DNA from: an uncultured Nitrososphaerota archaeon
Lineage (GTDB): Archaea > Thermoproteota > Nitrososphaeria > Nitrososphaerales > CADDZS01
Direction of reading: 5' to 3'
Length of the DNA stretch: 64,000 nucleotides
NCBI GenBank assembly: GCA_963799845.1
Contig: CAWCYI010000006.1
Location: forward strand, 1,568,001 to 1,632,000
A program made the position numbers and the translations under genes. Positions 61,826 through 64,000 of this stretch are shown in pieces. Within the stretch, counting starts at the first letter, position 1; each line of letters starts with the position of its first letter. The notes under the pieces are model-generated. The model was not told the DNA's origin. It saw nothing but the letters and a program-made list of their open reading frames with translations, and did not search any database.

Positions 61826-62554
61826 TTGGAAGTAGGTTCGGAAACAGGTCGATTCGGAGTTTCGAGGGTCGTATCGGCTTTAACAGTCGCCCTCGTTGTG
61901 GTGATAGCGGCAGGGGGTGCGGTTTCTTACCTTTACACGGCGAATAATTCCAGCACTCAGAAAACAGCAGCTATTGAAATTTCAACTGTTACCATAACCT
62001 CGACTACGACCCAAACTGTTGTCATAAAAGCAGCTACCAGCCAGGAGGATCTGCCGACAAATCTCCCAAAGACTTGTGTAACGAATTATCCCAACGGGTT
62101 GAATCTCAACAACAGCAATTACTTCATCATCACCAATTTTACGATGAACTTTGCGCAGGTCTGCATCAAATACACTTACGGGACCAATCCAAACGCTTCT
62201 TCGCAGCTAACGACGGGTGGTACATTCGATGCCATGTTCAACTATTCATCTATGTTCATAACCGACAGCTTCGGCAACGCATCTTCGGGCGGTTCTTATC
62301 CGTACGACATTGTGATTGCAAATCCCCCGAGTTATCTCTTTAACTCAAGCGGCGAGTCCGTCGTCGTGGTCTACACTTTTGAGTGGTCGTTTATCTTTTC
62401 ATACTTCGTTCCACAGTACGCGCGGTGCGGATCAACTCTCGATGGAATTGGAATTGCCCAGACAAACGGCGATGGCTCTTCTGGACTGAACTCTCTTTGT
62501 CCCGCTTTTTCATACGGTAATCTGTTCAATGCCGAGTTGGTCGGCACGAGCTGA
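61826..62554 (+). CDS. membrane-anchored surface protein
   Basis: TM, Thr stalk, Cys pairs. Confidence 0.75.
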   Translation: MEVGSETGRFGVSRVVSALTVALVVVIAAGGAVSYLYTANNSSTQKTAAIEISTVTITSTTTQTVVIKAATSQEDLPTNLPKTCVTNYPNGLNLNNSNYFIITNFTMNFAQVCIKYTYGTNPNASSQLTTGGTFDAMFNYSSMFITDSFGNASSGGSYPYDIVIANPPSYLFNSSGESVVVVYTFEWSFIFSYFVPQYARCGSTLDGIGIAQTNGDGSSGLNSLCPAFSYGNLFNAELVGTS

Positions 62555-62748
62555 CTTGAAGCTCGCTACGGCGTAAGAGAGATTTAAGAAACCGAGATTA
62601 TTCGCGCGGATCATTCCTTCTTGCCGACAAAGGCGCAGTATGTGAATATCTCTCCTGCTTTTCCTCTGTTTTGTTTAATCTTCCGTTTTTCCCAAAAACT
62701 CGCAATCCAGCCAAAAATTGTTTGAAATCCGTTGATATTTTTAGTAAA

Positions 62749-62997
62749 TCAAGCACAATTGAAAACTGCTCCGGGGTCGGGCAAGTAAATCGGTTGTATG
62801 TAGTACGCCTTCGAGCTCGGAGTGTAAAATCCACCATAGTAATAATGGGTGAGATAAGCCATTGAAATTGAAATGTACATGTGAAAATGAGTGTCATCGC
62901 ATCTGTAATAGTACGGAACTACGGGAGCTAGGAAGACAAAAGCCGTAACTGAAATTGTCAGAACGATCGAAATCAGAACTAGGTTTCTTTTCTTCAA
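62749..62997 (-). CDS. small membrane-anchored protein
   Basis: KKR, TM, FLAPVVP. Confidence 0.5.
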   Translation of the reverse strand: MKKRNLVLISIVLTISVTAFVFLAPVVPYYYRCDDTHFHMYISISMAYLTHYYYGGFYTPSSKAYYIQPIYLPDPGAVFNCA

Positions 62998-63127
62998 GCG
63001 TTCACAATCTTAGAAATCCTATCAGCAGCCAAAGTCCTTTATTTCCTTGTACCTTAATTGTTCAGAACAGATATTTTTTACTATGCAGAGAGGGTTCCGG
63101 ACGCCAGTGGGATTTCGCCCATTTTCC

Positions 63128-63868
63128 TCACTCATCATCGACTCCAACCACCTCTGCGAATAATTGACCATGCACCGTAGAAGGATCGTTGCTTGTCCAT
63201 TCGATGCAACCGCCAATTATTTTCGAGGCATAGTCAGGTATCCCGTTGCCGACAATGAGAGGGAACTCTACGGCGCAGACTTCTGGAAAAAGATAGTTCA
63301 CTCCAAGCGCGTATGTGCCACTAGAATTTGGACCAGAATGGATTTCGTAAGCTACAATCGATCCTTCACTCAGGTTATTTGATCCCCCAATGACAACTGG
63401 ATGGTTTGGAAAGATTTGATTTATGGTGAAATTGGGATTGCTTGTCGACACATCTGCGGAGTAGTTTCCACCCCAGATGTAGATCATGCTTGAGTTCGAC
63501 GAGGAAATTGTTGTTGTGCTAGAGTTGTAGAAGTAATACCGAACAAAAACAACAAACGATGAATTCTCGGTAAAATGGAATGTCGTTCCGATGGGAAGAT
63601 AGGAAAGCGCAGCGGTAAGCGAGGTAGCAGTAACAGTTTGTGTACTGTGGTATGTTGTAGTTCTAAGCGATGTAACAGTCTGCGTGCTGGTTTGAGTTAT
63701 GGGCGCAATCTCAGTTACTATTCCAGAAGTATCTGTAATCGTAACTGTCGTCGACACAGTATGTGTGGATGACGAATTGATCATGGAATAACTAGAAAGT
63801 AGCGTGGCAACCAAAGCAGCTCCCAGGAGAATAGAAAGCAAACTCAGAGCTAATACCGCACGAGTCAA
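63128..63868 (-). CDS. membrane-anchored surface protein
   Basis: TM, Thr stalk; shares motifs with the 61826 gene. Confidence 0.75.
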   Translation of the reverse strand: MTRAVLALSLLSILLGAALVATLLSSYSMINSSSTHTVSTTVTITDTSGIVTEIAPITQTSTQTVTSLRTTTYHSTQTVTATSLTAALSYLPIGTTFHFTENSSFVVFVRYYFYNSSTTTISSSNSSMIYIWGGNYSADVSTSNPNFTINQIFPNHPVVIGGSNNLSEGSIVAYEIHSGPNSSGTYALGVNYLFPEVCAVEFPLIVGNGIPDYASKIIGGCIEWTSNDPSTVHGQLFAEVVGVDDE

Positions 63869-64000
63869 AGTTCAACTCGCCAAGCTGATTATTCGACCTC
63901 AAATTAACGTTAGTTTTGAGTCGGCGGTATCTGTTTTCTGCCAGGTCCGTTCCATACTACGTCGTGATAACACACCGAGCAGAAAACGGAGATTTGAAGT

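Noticed and set aside
1-64000. CRISPR array, rRNA, reverse transcriptase, capsid or conjugation genes
   Set aside because: No regularly spaced repeats or diagnostic motifs seen by eye

Overview
Archaeal accessory region. The gene families (DUF3227/NitrOD5-like, V4R, RHH regulators, F420-dependent enzymes, Ser/Thr-rich surface proteins) and frequent TTG starts suggest a Nitrososphaerota genome; this is inference. 1-28 kb holds mixed metabolic and regulatory genes, a VapBC pair, an ISH3-type IS with TIRs and TSD splitting a regulator, a V4R/ACT/RHH cluster, a duplicated DUF1269 + novel small-protein module, DUF1614, DUF4386 and an ABC-2 exporter. 28-40.4 kb is an integrated element: tyrosine recombinase next to a tRNA-3'-like remnant, a two-gene PD-(D/E)XK candidate defence operon, a single-ORF IS66 with TSD splitting a regulator, and an AbrB/Zn-finger/P-loop helicase operon ending in a symmetric iteron-like origin. 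43-50 kb is an XPB-like and Hef-like helicase module. 50-64 kb has surface proteins, a truncated HsdR, HNH and PIN-like genes. Three unexplained repeat families occur: three copies of an 11-6-11 palindromic site, a 27-bp perfect inverted repeat around 2.1 kb, and a ~95-bp direct repeat around vapBC. Many single-base frameshifts indicate sequencing indels and/or gene decay. No rRNA, complete tRNA or CRISPR array was seen.
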